A stretch of 64,000 bases of DNA. It comes from Lingula anatina (taxonomy: Eukaryota; Animalia; Brachiopoda). The notes below the pieces were generated by a model. The model was not told the DNA's origin. It made no database searches and saw only the letters and a program-made list of their open reading frames with translations. The translations under genes and the position numbers were made by a program. The stretch's first letter is position 1. Each line of letters begins with the position of its first letter. Location of the stretch: contig CM120641.1 in NCBI GenBank assembly GCA_051362555.1, positions 16,492,001 through 16,556,000 on the forward strand. Reading direction: 5' to 3'. Positions 52,025 to 64,000 of this stretch are shown piece after piece.

Positions 52025-54896
52025 GATAAATGAATAAATAAAGTAAATAAATAAAATAAAAAAGTAAAAGAGACAGGTATATGTAGAGGAAATGTGAATT
52101 ATATATTTAGTGAAACAATTTTAAACGATCCAGAAGCTTTGTATAAAAAAATATAAATCGTTTGTTGATGATGTTATGCTGTTTCCTCACTGAAATTTCG
52201 AGTTTCCTTTAATTTGCATTGTATAATAAGCCACAAATTATGTGCTGCTAGTTTTGTGGATATTAATGTATGGAAAAGTAACGACAAAATCATTTCATTA
52301 CGAAGTATTTAAGCTTACATGTATAATGCATTCTGCTGATCTCACTGGAATACATGTACATGTGCAGTGGAAAGTGAAATGCGCAAGGATGCCATTACAC
52401 ATTACGTTGTGTTAATATATTTTTGCTTTTATGTTTATATGAATTAAAAAAGGCTTCGTACCTTTAAGCTCAGGTCAACTTATGTCCAGCGTGTAAGCAC
52501 AACACCTGAATTTTTCTAATCCGTATAAATGCATTGTAGAAGCATAAACAACATAATTCATGCAAGTACATACATTGTTTGAAAGATATTTTTAAACTTT
52601 GTACAATGTTATGATGAAGAATATAATTCTGCGAAACATTTTTTATCACTTTCAATAAGGGTATTTTGCAATTTTTTGTGCATTTTTTCATTTATCTTGT
52701 TTTCGTAATGATGAATCCTTTTTCAATCGCGTTCACACCTACGAAAAAATGCAGATTTTCTTTATTAAAGTAATTTAGTTTTATAGCCTTTTTACACGTA
52801 TATTTTCGTTTGAACAATGATTATTGTTTACGTTGATCTCCACATTCTCTCCAGGTTTAAGTCTGTGGGCAGGATACGAAAATCTTGGCCCTGGTCGAGT
52901 AGTACAAATTAAACAAAGCTGCTTTCTTCAGCAAATGTCAGGGGAAATTACATAGAAACAGAATCTTATGTAGTAAAAGAAAGATAATTAGATTGAAAAA
53001 CATTATTTGGATTTTGATGGTACTTGCATGAAATATATAACATCGGAAATTACTGTGTGTGTTTTATTGATATAATGAAACCAAAAGGCGGATATGGTAT
53101 TTATGATAATAACAAAAGGGGTTTGCATTGATGTCACAGGCACAGTCCCAATCCAAGCATATTCTAAATCCACCAATCCCAATTTGGCATAATGCATTTA
53201 TTGTTAAAAGTTCATTTGTTAGTAAGGCCTGACTGCGATTAAACTTGATCAAAGAAAGCAGATGGAATGGAATAGTCTATTTTAACTACTAGCAAATGAA
53301 TGTCGTTTTGTATATACCAAAGTATACCATTACATACGACACCAACACAAACTGGCCTCTAACCTGTGAATTAATCTTTAACCTGTAAAACCTGTAACCT
53401 GTAGTTACTTGCACCTTACTTATTAACTTCTTTAAGCCTGTAATTTGAAGTGGTTGCTATTGTCAACATGTAAGTGTAGTCTTTTGCATATTCGAAATAT
53501 TTGATATTTTGAATTCGAATTTTGATTAAAAAATACGAAATCATTATGCAAGGTTTCCAAGCACTAAACATTATCTCTAGAGAGCAATAATAGGGAACCT
53601 TGAATTTATATAGCGGAGAAATTATGATTTATCAAATATATGCAATATCGTATTTGGTGGAGCGTATTTCTTTTAGAGAATAGCCAAATTTTAACGCATA
53701 ATAATATTTTGTCAGGAGAAAAACTTTAACGTTCGTATCTATTAGATAAAATTATATTGCCATTATATTTTCTATTAAACATTTATATTGCAATGGGAAC
53801 ACTAGTTGTGATAGTTGGAGTATAGGGATAGAAAAAACTAATTCTGACGTTAGGAACTTACAGGTTTGAAATTGAAGATTTTCATCATCTCAAAGATGAA
53901 ATGTCCAAACAATAGCTCACAATACCAAGTCTTCACTGGAATTTTTTAACAGAACTATCGGCATTAATTTTTTCGGCATTAATTTGCTTTTGATGCTGAT
54001 AAACTTTTTTGGGCAATTAATTAAATACCAGAGTTTTGAAGAATCTTGTTCAAGTTTATATCTGACAGCTGTTGGTAAACAGTGATATAAATGACATTTA
54101 TTTCCCACCAGAAGTGGGACGAAAGAGGTGGGGATGTAAGGGAGCGTATGGGATCTGCTATCTTAGCAATACACGCACAGTTATACACGCGAAAATCAGT
54201 AGCTGGTTCTAATTAACTGAATCCAAAGCACGACAAACTATATGCTCGGTCAAACAATCGAGAATACAAAGACTGCGCACCATTTATTAACACACATTTG
54301 AAATGCCAAAGTCCAACGTTCATTCACCACCCAAACCCATTTCCTGAACTTTGAGGGTTTGAGTCCAATTTTTCTTCCTTATAAATGAGATGCCAAGCGG
54401 CGTAGACATGCCTAGTAACAAGGACTAAACACGTGGTTGGGTGATGATAAGTGTAATTAAATGAGCGGTTTGGGGTTCGAGTATTATACCGACAAAATTT
54501 GAACAAAACGAAAAATGCGTTGTAGTATAAAAACGTAGTTGAATTTTCATGCTATTTTAAAGTCTAACTTTCTTTAATACTATCTTTTTATTACTATTAC
54601 TGTTAGCATATAGGATACATGACATGTTAAACCACTAATTTATAAAAACATGCCTACCATTTAAAGTTCTGCAAATAGCATAACAACGCGGAAAAGTATG
54701 TTGCCACTTCTTGTCAGTAATGAGATTTTTTTAATCTTTTTAAATTCTAGGTCAAGGCTTTTTTGCAGTTGACATCTTAAGACTTTTGTTTGTGCTTAAG
54801 CCAAGAGACATGGGTTGTCCTCGTTGATCAAGAGACAACTTTTGATAAATTGCGGATTAGTTCAGGGGGAGATATTACAACTTATCTGAGAAAAGT

Positions 54897-55832
54897 ATGC
54901 ACAGTAATGACATGTTGACAATGACAGAACAAACAGCTCTTCATCGAGTAGGAACCATCTTTGGGCATCCGGGCCCTCAGGATATCTCAATTCATCCTAA
55001 CCTCAAAGATGCGGTCGTGTCTTCCACCACTATGTCGTCTGCTAATCTGTCAGCTGCTAGAGGTAGCGATTTCGATGAAAGCTTTGACGAAGAAGTAGAC
55101 GAAGAGTTTACAGATGAAGAAGAAGAAACATTTTCAGATGAAGATCTGGAACGCGCATTGAATGCAACTGAACAAAAGAACAATGACGCTGCACAAAAGC
55201 TTTTGAATTTTGCTGAGATGGTGAATAAGGATATCCAAAAATTCTTTGGACAAAAGAAAGACGTAGAGGATGCTTGCGATATTTACCAAGACAAATGGAC
55301 ATCCGGGAAATCCGGCAGAGAGCTTTACTACGCAGATTTACTCAAAATAGCACATGGGTACGATTCCGAAGATAACCCCAAGCCTTCCAAAAAATCAAAA
55401 CGTTCTTCATCAAATGACTTCGTTGAACTTCAGTCGTCCAAAAGTTCCGAGCAGGAATTCACTGGTAAAATGGATAAAAAAATTGGTATGGGACCTCTGA
55501 ACGAGCTTTTTGAGTACGGATTACGGAATTTCCTTACGGATAAAAATGTTCTAAATTCTCATGAAAAGCTAAAACGCATTAAATTTGACGTCAAAAAATT
55601 TGAACACGTGGTACCAATGAATGATCGCCAGTTGCCAGAATCATTTTGGAAAGAACCGGGTTCAGTGCCTAAAAATGATAATAAAACTGGAAATGGGTTG
55701 TCAAACGGCCTTCTACCGGGCAGCAAATTACCAGATTTTGGTGATCTGATTGACAGTTGGATGGGGGTAGAAGATAGGGAATGTGAGGCTGAAAAGTCAG
55801 AAAGAGACGAGCAAGAGCCAGTTATAGGATAA
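54897..55832 (+). CDS. PERCC1: PERCC1-like protein (proline and glutamate rich with coiled coil 1), single coding exon
   Basis: An acidic tract is followed by the family blocks QKLLNFAEMVNKDIQKFFG, CDIY, SGRELYYADLLKIA, MGPLNELFEYGL, VVPMNDRQLPESFWKEP and PDFGDLIDSW. An acceptor TTCTAG at 54750 suggests a 5' UTR intron. Confidence 0.85.
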   Translation: MHSNDMLTMTEQTALHRVGTIFGHPGPQDISIHPNLKDAVVSSTTMSSANLSAARGSDFDESFDEEVDEEFTDEEEETFSDEDLERALNATEQKNNDAAQKLLNFAEMVNKDIQKFFGQKKDVEDACDIYQDKWTSGKSGRELYYADLLKIAHGYDSEDNPKPSKKSKRSSSNDFVELQSSKSSEQEFTGKMDKKIGMGPLNELFEYGLRNFLTDKNVLNSHEKLKRIKFDVKKFEHVVPMNDRQLPESFWKEPGSVPKNDNKTGNGLSNGLLPGSKLPDFGDLIDSWMGVEDRECEAEKSERDEQEPVIG

Positions 55833-58418
55833 TATTTACTTAAAGATAAGTATGAGGGCAGTACCAACGGATTATTTTTTTAATGTTAATGCTAAATTCA
55901 ACCTTATTTTCTATTAAAAATTGGGACATATGATATTCTGCCTCTTAGAGGAAAGTTGACTACCTACTGGTAGCTTGAATTGTATTCTACTTAAGGCTCA
56001 CGTAAGAAATGAATTTATCAAACGTTGTATGTCTTTTTGTAAAGATTTATTTCGAAAATCATCCAGGCACTGGAAATTTGACATAATCTTCCTATTATTC
56101 AGATAGCCTATGTTTTTATTGTTTTTTTTTCTCAAAGGCAAATTATTTAATCAACTCAAAAAAGAATATTCTCACGCGAAGTGAATATGTTATAAGTGCA
56201 TGTAGCCGTTTACTCGGCTTAGGCCACGCGAAGGAAAAAGTCTCCGAAGTGAATGTTTGGATTTTGAGCTCTGCAGATGGATGGTCGAAGTACTAGAAGT
56301 ACTAGAACATCAATGCCGTCAAGAACTTTACTATTTGAATTATTTCTACACATGTCCCATTTACGGTTCATTCATATAAATGTATTCTTAAACAGTTGGT
56401 TGAAGATAATTTGCCCTTTAGAAATTACGAATAATCGTTCCACAAAAGTGATCTGAGTAATTTGAAAGGACGTACATTTATGTTTGGATATAGCAAATAA
56501 TTAGTTTCATATCGCAATAGAATAAACTTTAAACGGAAGAGGGTATCAAGAAAGAGAGAGAGCGAGAATATCAGTCTCCAAAAATTGAATATATATATAA
56601 TAAATATACATAATGACTAGTTCCCAAACGAAAAATTAAAACGAATTATTTATCTCTTTAAAAAGTAATCTAGAGTGACTGCATTGATTTTTAAGTTATA
56701 TATATTCTTCATGTAGTTGAGAGAAGTCTCACAAAATGCTGCTGCTTTTTGTGCTTTTAAGTAATTTGATATTGCTACGTTTATGAACTTTGATATGTGT
56801 TGAATATACAGGGTAAATCGCAGCACCTTACAAATCTGGCTCAGGACAGTAAGTAGCATAGTTTATTTCATTAAATCGTAATATGGCCCAGTATAATACA
56901 ACATATTACTGAATTCATGAACAATGTTGCGTATATTTAAAGGGTAAAAGTCAGCCTCAAGGCGTTGATCTCTTGTTAAATACATGTAGGTATGCTGACA
57001 CACGGCACAAACGGGTAACAATTATGCTTTAGTCAGTACGTTTTATGAAAATGTCACAAAAGTGAATACGTCTGTTGTAACTTATAATAAGATCCGCACG
57101 TAGTTCAAAGCTGTAGGAAACCATTACAGGTTATATTATGGCATAATAAAGTCTGTTTTGTTCGGAAAAGCTTATCACTGCGTTTCTTGTTCATTTCTGG
57201 TTAGAATTTGCTTCCTAAAAGTGACGGAATCGATAGATTAACGTATGGTATTAATTAGTTTGTACACAACACGACATAAAAAAAAATACTTTTAAGAGGT
57301 TAAAAACGCACAACTCAATTTTTTTCGGCGAACAAAAATACTTTTACCTCCCTAGAAATTTTTCGAAGCCTTAGTAAATACATATCGGTCACCTTAAATT
57401 AAAAAGTAATTGTATGATTTAAATGGATTTCGCTTAGAATATTTGGACAGTGAACAAAAACACAGGAATACTTGTCTCTAACGTTATATTTCCACGACAA
57501 AATGCTCAAGTTGGAAGATGGAAGTACAGGTCTACCTAAAAAGAAAACTCCCTTGCTAACAATAGATTATGCAGGGTTCTGAATTAAAATGGGAAATGTT
57601 TCGTTCATTTTTTTTTTTTTTTGGGGGGGGGGGTAAGAAGGAAATTAATGAAAACAAAAAGCCTGAAAATGCCCTTTTTACTGAGCACCCCCCCCCCCCT
57701 TTCAAAAAAAAAATTGTAATCTCAGGATTTCCGTTGCTGTGCTAATCCTACATGCTTGCTTCCGAGGGCTCTCTTTTCACTTGGCATGCTAGCGATATGA
57801 TAATCCTAGCCATGGTTGGGAGTCGGATGTAGCATAAGTGCAAATATATGCAGTAACAATACATTTCAACGGAAGGACTTTTCTTTTATAGAAATATGAA
57901 AAACATGCACCGTCAAATAAAACTGCTGCGATATAAAGACAGCAAATTTCATACTGTTTGGCATATCGTCATAGAAATGAGTTAATTTAACCTAATCTTT
58001 CCAAGCTTTTTTTAAATAATAACGTCTATTACAAGAAAAAAACTTCAGCAATCGCTCTTATCTATCTTTCTTGACATTAAGGCATGTTCAGTATTTTTTT
58101 ATTTTTAGACTATCTCCTAACAATATTGAAATAAATTGATATACTTTATTACAAAATGCTACAGAGCAATTTGTATCTTTTAGTTGCATAGGTTAAAAGA
58201 TCAATAACAGACTGCGACACCTGACTGCAATAAATAAGTCATGTTTGCATTTAGCTGTTGTTGATCGTCGACTCATCCACTTTAAAATCCATGAAATAAC
58301 AAAGACATGAAATAACTTCTTGCGTTCAGTTCTTAAAGAAAATACAAGTTTTTGTCTAGTCTCTGAAGGTATGTGGCATTTGTCAACAGTCCAACGTGTT
58401 AACAAACGTTAATTAACG

Positions 58419-59266
58419 TCATATTCTTTCAGATACCCATATAGCGCCAGTGCATCCCCATTTAATTGTCTGGTACAAAACATTGTATAGAGGAGCCTGA
58501 AAACAGAGAAAAAAATTTGGAACTTATTTTGCAAATGATACCAAACTTAGGCAAAATATAGAATTTTTGCTTTGCATATATCATTTTTACTCTATCATAA
58601 TATTAATAGGAATTATCAAAATCATAATTTTATATAGCATGTTTCAATTTTTCATGTGTCAAAATAAGAATTTACAAAAATTAAAAAAATATATAAAATT
58701 CTCTGCACATTTTTGCAGTTAAAATGTAAGGTGGTAAAGGTTATTTTTAGAGGTCAGGTATGAAACATTTTCTTCTATAACAAATATATCTCATTTAACC
58801 GTATGTCTAGGGATTCTCAACATACTTTCTCCGCTTCAAAGTCTATTCCAGTATCATGATGCTCTTGCTCCTCATCACGAAACTTCTTTAGAGTCTGAAA
58901 TAAATATTAAATAAAATATTTGAAAAATTGCTGAACCAAAAACAAACTAACAAACGAAAACTTAAAATTTAATATGATTATTCAGCAAGACAAAATACTT
59001 GAGGGAAATAGTACAATTTTTAAAACAGTGATACAATGTTTTACCCAGTCAGTTTACCAATATCTGCCCCAGTTTTCTTGTTAAGCATCCATATGACTGA
59101 CTTTTGGTCTTTCCTTTACGTACTATTTTCTTTTATTTTCTTTCCTTTATTTACTATTTTCATCTTATGAAACAATTATTCTAACTTACATCTAACATTT
59201 CTTTATATTCTTCTGGGTCCTCTTCTATGAGCTCTCTTATTTGGCTAAAATATAATAAAAAAACAT

Positions 59267-59317
<51 letters not shown>

Positions 59318-61365
59318 CTAAAAAAATTCAATCTAAACCATTACATATCATAACATGTTTGCACACATAAATAAATAAGAAGAATGGATACACCTGTAAA
59401 TTGCACCAGTTGTGATATTCAACAATCATCACTGTTGCAATCATCTAGAAAAGACCTGACTGACTTGACTCTTTTTCACAAAAAAAAAAAAAAAAAAAAA
59501 TCTTAAAATACAAATGTAACACATAAAAGAGCAAGCAAGGCTTTCCCTAGAGAGCTGTTCAGCTGTCACTTGGATGGCCATAGGCCTCAAAAGATGATCT
59601 ATATTATAAAAGAAAGTTGGATGTTTGGATAAAATAGCAGTGGTGTTATTGAGCAGTGTGATATTGATGTGAGGGAGAAAAGGTTGTCTTATATGAGTGA
59701 ATCTAAGTTAAAAGAATATGAATCTTTAAAAAGATCAAATTTATCGTTTACAATAAAATTACAAATATAATTATTATAAATATGTAAACTCCAAAAAAAT
59801 AAAGGTAATCATTATTAAAAAAAACAATATTTCAATTAATTTTTAATTTATATTTTTTGTCTTTTTTTAAAATACCCTCTCCCCCATGGTTTATATTTGG
59901 GACCTACTTGGGTTGGACTCTGTGTATATCAGTTACAATATATATTACAAATTAACATTTTTGGACTCCCTGTATCCCAAATCCAGGGGAAACCCCTGTT
60001 CACATACAAAATGTTTAAAAATAAAACATTTCAAGATGTTCAATTACACCAACAAATGAAATCCAAAAGAGAAGACAGTGACAGAAGTAACTTACTCATT
60101 ATAGTGTTTAACAATGGCAGTCTCCACTGCTGTTGTACATGCCATGGCACCCTCCTTGCCAAGCAAAGCTGTAGATGCACCTGTCAGGTTGAAACAAAAA
60201 TATTTATAACTGATACCTTGGGAAACCTCAATGGTAATTGTACCTTTAATCCAGATACAATTACCATTGAGGTTTCCCAATGGTAATTGTACCTTTAATC
60301 CAGATATAAACATCAACAGAATACATTTTCTTCATCATTTTATTTAAAAATAGAGCTGATTTTTTTTACAGTTGTTTACTACATAAGTAAATTGTAATCA
60401 TTTTACTAGAGCCAGTATTCATGCAAATGATGAGACTTATACTGCAATTAAAAACCTGTCATATATTTGGTCCATAATAGGTAAAAGTCATTTTAACTAA
60501 AATTTCAATTCTTTGAATCATTACACTCCAAGATGTGCCAAGTATGACTGTTGGCCTCTTCCACTGTTGTCTCTTTTGCTCACCTAAAACAAAACCAGCA
60601 ACATTCCACAATGGCAACATAACTGTGGGCCTAACCCTATGCTTTGGTATTAGCTCTTCAAATTTTTTCAAATGTTCCTTTTCCTGATCCCACATATGCT
60701 GTAAAGAGAAACATACAAACAATCATATGATGTGTGAACACTGTACCTGTAATTCCAATAGTAATTGTATGAGTGTTTCCCAGATAAGAAGATGGCATTG
60801 CCCCAACTTTGGTAAGCCATGCAACCAGCCATTGTTGTGCCAATGTCATTTCACCAACATTAGTATTGAGCTGAAACTTTATGGGAAATACCTAAAAGTG
60901 ACAATGTTTTCGGATTGTCATTTAAAAACTGATGACGGGGAATTTAAGTGCATACAGTACTGGTAGGAGTATCAACCCATGGAGTAATTAATGGCTGGAG
61001 TGGGAGGCAGAGACGACAAAATATACAATATGTACATTCATGAATTACAGCATTACTGAGTGTAAGTTTGGTTTGTGATGACAGTTACATAATACGTGTT
61101 TTAATCACCAGGACCAGCACAGTTTTCGATGAATCACCTGTATCACAGGGCCCACGGGTGAATTACCCAGCACAGCCATCTGCCCCTGGTATATTCTGTT
61201 TGCACCAAGTTCTCCAGCGTGGTCGACTCTAATAATACGGTCTAAAAGTTCCTGTCTTCGCCTTTCCTTAGCTTGTGAACTGGCACATCGCTGACAATGA
61301 ACCAAAACCAGTTGCCGACCACATGAAAGTCTTGATTGAGATAATACTGCCCCCAAGGTAAACAT
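58419..61365 (-). CDS. COQ7: 5-demethoxyubiquinone hydroxylase (COQ7/clk-1); exons 61365-61138, 60698-60584, 60180-60096, 59244-59190, 58894-58826, 58496-58419
   Basis: A mitochondrial-type presequence precedes [96 protein letters not shown] and AIWVSERI*. Confidence 0.96.
59271..59314. repeat. (TA)n microsatellite in a COQ7 intron
   Basis: Read directly. Confidence 0.95.
60218..60306. repeat. Local inverted plus direct duplication in COQ7 intron 2
   Basis: 25-bp arms 60218-60242 and 60256-60280 are exact reverse complements. TGGTAATTGTACCTTTAATCCAGATA is also directly repeated. Confidence 0.9.
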
Positions 61366-61580
61366 TTTCAACAGTTTCACGTGCACATTTATGATGCACG
61401 TTCCTGTGGATTTATGTCAGTCACTTTCACAATTTACACTGTCAATCGATGCTTTCTCTTCTGTAATCCTCTAAAAGACAGGTCTTCTGTTAATACCCTT
61501 TTTGTAACAGTAATTAGGTAATGTATATATATATATATTTTTTTGAACCTATGCGGCAAATATATAACTCACTTATTGCA

Positions 61581-61603
61581 GCAACAATATCCCACAATGC
61601 AAT
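61581..61603 (+). promoter_or_regulatory. ZNF143/Staf-like binding site in the COQ7/PPIP5K bidirectional promoter
   Basis: GCAACAATATCCCACAATGCAAT matches the SBS core (CCCACAATGCA) and lies between divergent genes. Confidence 0.55.
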
Positions 61604-62141
61604 ACTGAGAAAGGGGTGAAGGTCATCAATTAACGAAAGACGAAAAATTGTGAGGTTTTTATGTTCGATGCAAAATTTCTGAAACGCGTGAAAATGAGGA
61701 GTGTTTAAACTATTAAAAATAATCCGTATGGCGTAGGTATTTCAAGTAAGTATAGCTATACGTTTGATGCCATTTATAGTGACTAATAGTTAGCATAAAA
61801 ATAGTGCTTTATCGATGTCATTTTCTAAGTCGTAACATAAAGAAGATTGCAGAAATTAGACAGGTACGATATTTTGGGCTAATTATAGTTAGATGCATTA
61901 TCCTAAGATAAACATTTCATCTTTATAATTTCTGGCGAAAAGAGCTTGCCTTCTTTTAATGTTTTGCCATGATAATTCCATTCACTGTGATAAAGCACCA
62001 CGTCCGAAATTTTTAATTAACTTCAGTCATCATTTATTATTTACCTGTTGTTTTCATATGTCTGACTGCAGTTCCAGTTATTTGCAAATGAAAGAAATAT
62101 TCAAGAATACAGCTATTTAGACCCCCACTAGCCACACCAGG

Positions 62142-63396
62142 ATGGTGGACATGGTGCCTCCCAGCAATGTGGAGTGGTGCTGGGACAGTGGGGAGGACTC
62201 AGACGTGGATGAAGGGGTATAAATTTTCGGTACTTTTGTAGTATACCCCCCCACCCTGTAACTTTCTGTAACTTTCACTTTTCAAACAGTTTTTTACATT
62301 TTCTTGTTCATCTATGTCAAAGCTGTTGAAATAAAATCTTTTTTAATTACCTGTGGACTTTTTATTGGTTTTAATCACGTTTAATCCAGCCCATTGAAAT
62401 ACAATGTTAGAATCTTCAATTTACACCCGCAGTCAATAACTTGCCGCGTTTTCGTTGGCTAACTCTAAGGTAATTTTATGTGAACAAGTAGCTCATAATA
62501 ATTTCATAGAGGAAGTCCAAGTATACAATGTATCAATCCTATGTTCACATAAAATAAGGTAGAGTTAGCCAACTAAAACGCGGCAAGTTATTGACTGCGG
62601 GTGCATTGTAAATTTTCACGTTGTATTTCAAAGGGGTGGATTAAACGTGATTAAAACTAATAAAAAGACCACAGGTAATTACAAAAAAATTTTATTTCAA
62701 CAGCTTTGACATAGGTGAAAAAGACAATTTAAAAAAATGTTTGAAAAATGAAAGTTTCAGGAAGTTACAGGGTGGGGGGGTATACTACAAAAGTACCAAA
62801 TTTTCTGCTCCCAGCAGTTAACATTTACATTGACCTTTGTTTTCAGTATACACACGTGATTAGATATATGAATGTTTTTTTGTGACACTTGTTAAGTGTG
62901 ATGCAACTAACTTTCTTTAAGCATGGAATTTTTATCGTATTTATATTTTTACATTTAACATTGTTATATTAAAAAACAATTTTATAAGCCCAGGGAATTC
63001 AATGCACATGCAGCTTGGTTGAATTGATAATCATTTTTGGCAGACTTGTTAATACCCTTTGTGTCATGTTATCAATACATGAATTTTTGTTGTGTGTTTG
63101 CAGGATGCAGGAGAGGTGAAGAAAATCATAGTTGGAATATGTGCAATGAAGAAAAAATCACACTCCAAACCAATGAGGGAAATTATTGAAAGATTGAAAA
63201 GATTTGAATACATAGAAATACTGATATTTGATGAGCAAGTTATTTTGAATGAGGCTGTGGAGAATTGGCCCCTTTGTGACTGTCTCATTTCTTTCTACTC
63301 CTCTGGCTTCCCACTGGACAAGGCAGTAGCCTATGAGAAACTACGCAAACCTTTTGTGTCCAATGATTTAAGCATGCAGTATGATATACAAGACAG
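62142..63396 (+). CDS. PPIP5K2: Inositol hexakisphosphate and diphosphoinositol-pentakisphosphate kinase (PPIP5K/VIP1), first two coding exons 62142-62216 and 63104-63396; the gene continues past the window
   Basis: [81 protein letters not shown] is the PPIP5K N-terminal domain. The short first exon is less certain, and the paralogue number is nominal for an invertebrate. Confidence 0.92.
62229..62797. mobile_element. Foldback MITE with ~260-bp TIRs and 8-bp TSD (Merlin-like)
   Basis: It begins GGTACTTTTGTAGTATACCCCCCCACCCTGTAACTT and ends with the reverse complement. The arms stay alignable to a ~45-bp spacer. AAATTTTC flanks both ends (62221-62228 and 62798-62805). GGTAC termini with an 8-bp TSD fit the Merlin/IS1016 superfamily. 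Confidence 0.85.
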
Positions 63397-64000
63397 GTAA
63401 TATACACTAAAATCAAAGTAAACGATGTGACGGTTTTGGTTGTTTCTGCTTGCATTTTATAAGTGAGTAAGGTTTTTCTGTGAGTTTGCTGCCATGGTGT
63501 CATACAAATTTGCATTTTGCAGAGCTGTTTAAGATGATGTATATATTATATCTCATGCTTGCATGGTGAATGAGATTTTAAAATCTTGTAGTCAGATAGA
63601 TTTCAACAAATTACCTCATGTTGAGGAAATTTTAAACTATTTAATATCTGTACTAACTGAAAGCATAATAGTAAAAACTTTTGTTCTATTAAGACTTCAT
63701 CAGTCACACTGATGTCATGAGACAGTGTACATAGAGACCACTCTGGCAAGAACTGCTCACTATAACATTGTCCCAGATGCTAGACAGGTTGTGCCTACCC
63801 CTGTCCCTGTTCCATGAAAGTCTCTGGGCCCAAATGTAAAGAGGCTCCTTTAACCCTCGCTTGAACCATGTCACAGTCCAAAAATGTCCATATTGTCCAA
63901 ACTGATGGAATGATTGTGTACCTCAACATCTGGAACAGTGTTGAAGTGAGCAGTTCTCACCACATTGTTTACTATACACTTTCTCTGGACAGTGTGACTG

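Noticed and set aside
43347-54506. Short ORFs of 60-125 aa in the PERCC1 upstream region
   Set aside because: AT-biased compositions with no recognisable domains or consistent splice phases.
63523-63560. Third PPIP5K coding exon after TTTTGCAG
   Set aside because: In the required phase it reads RAV* and stops; the expected continuation is not found in the window.

Overview
AT-rich, intron-rich invertebrate animal DNA, probably lophotrochozoan/mollusc-like (inferred from protein style only). From left to right: a Harbinger Myb/SANT remnant; a 5'-truncated Gypsy LTR retrotransposon (3' LTR, PPT, decayed integrase); GRWD1 (-, 6 exons); head-to-head with it a long CCDC154-like coiled-coil gene (+) with a block of duplicated phase-0 exons and apparently three alternative low-complexity C-terminal exons; two tandem secreted GH31 glycosidases (-); about 11 kb of non-coding DNA; PERCC1 (+); COQ7 (-, 6 exons); and head-to-head with it the start of PPIP5K/VIP1 (+). 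The top finding is that both GH31 enzymes carry a 75-aa, 6-Cys circularly permuted saposin ('swaposin') inserted in their N-terminal region. This architecture is known from plant aspartic proteases and here suggests a self-activating glycolipid hydrolase, possibly built on a bacterial-type GH31. Exon coordinates were read by eye from GT/AG boundaries and reading-frame continuity. No database searches were run.
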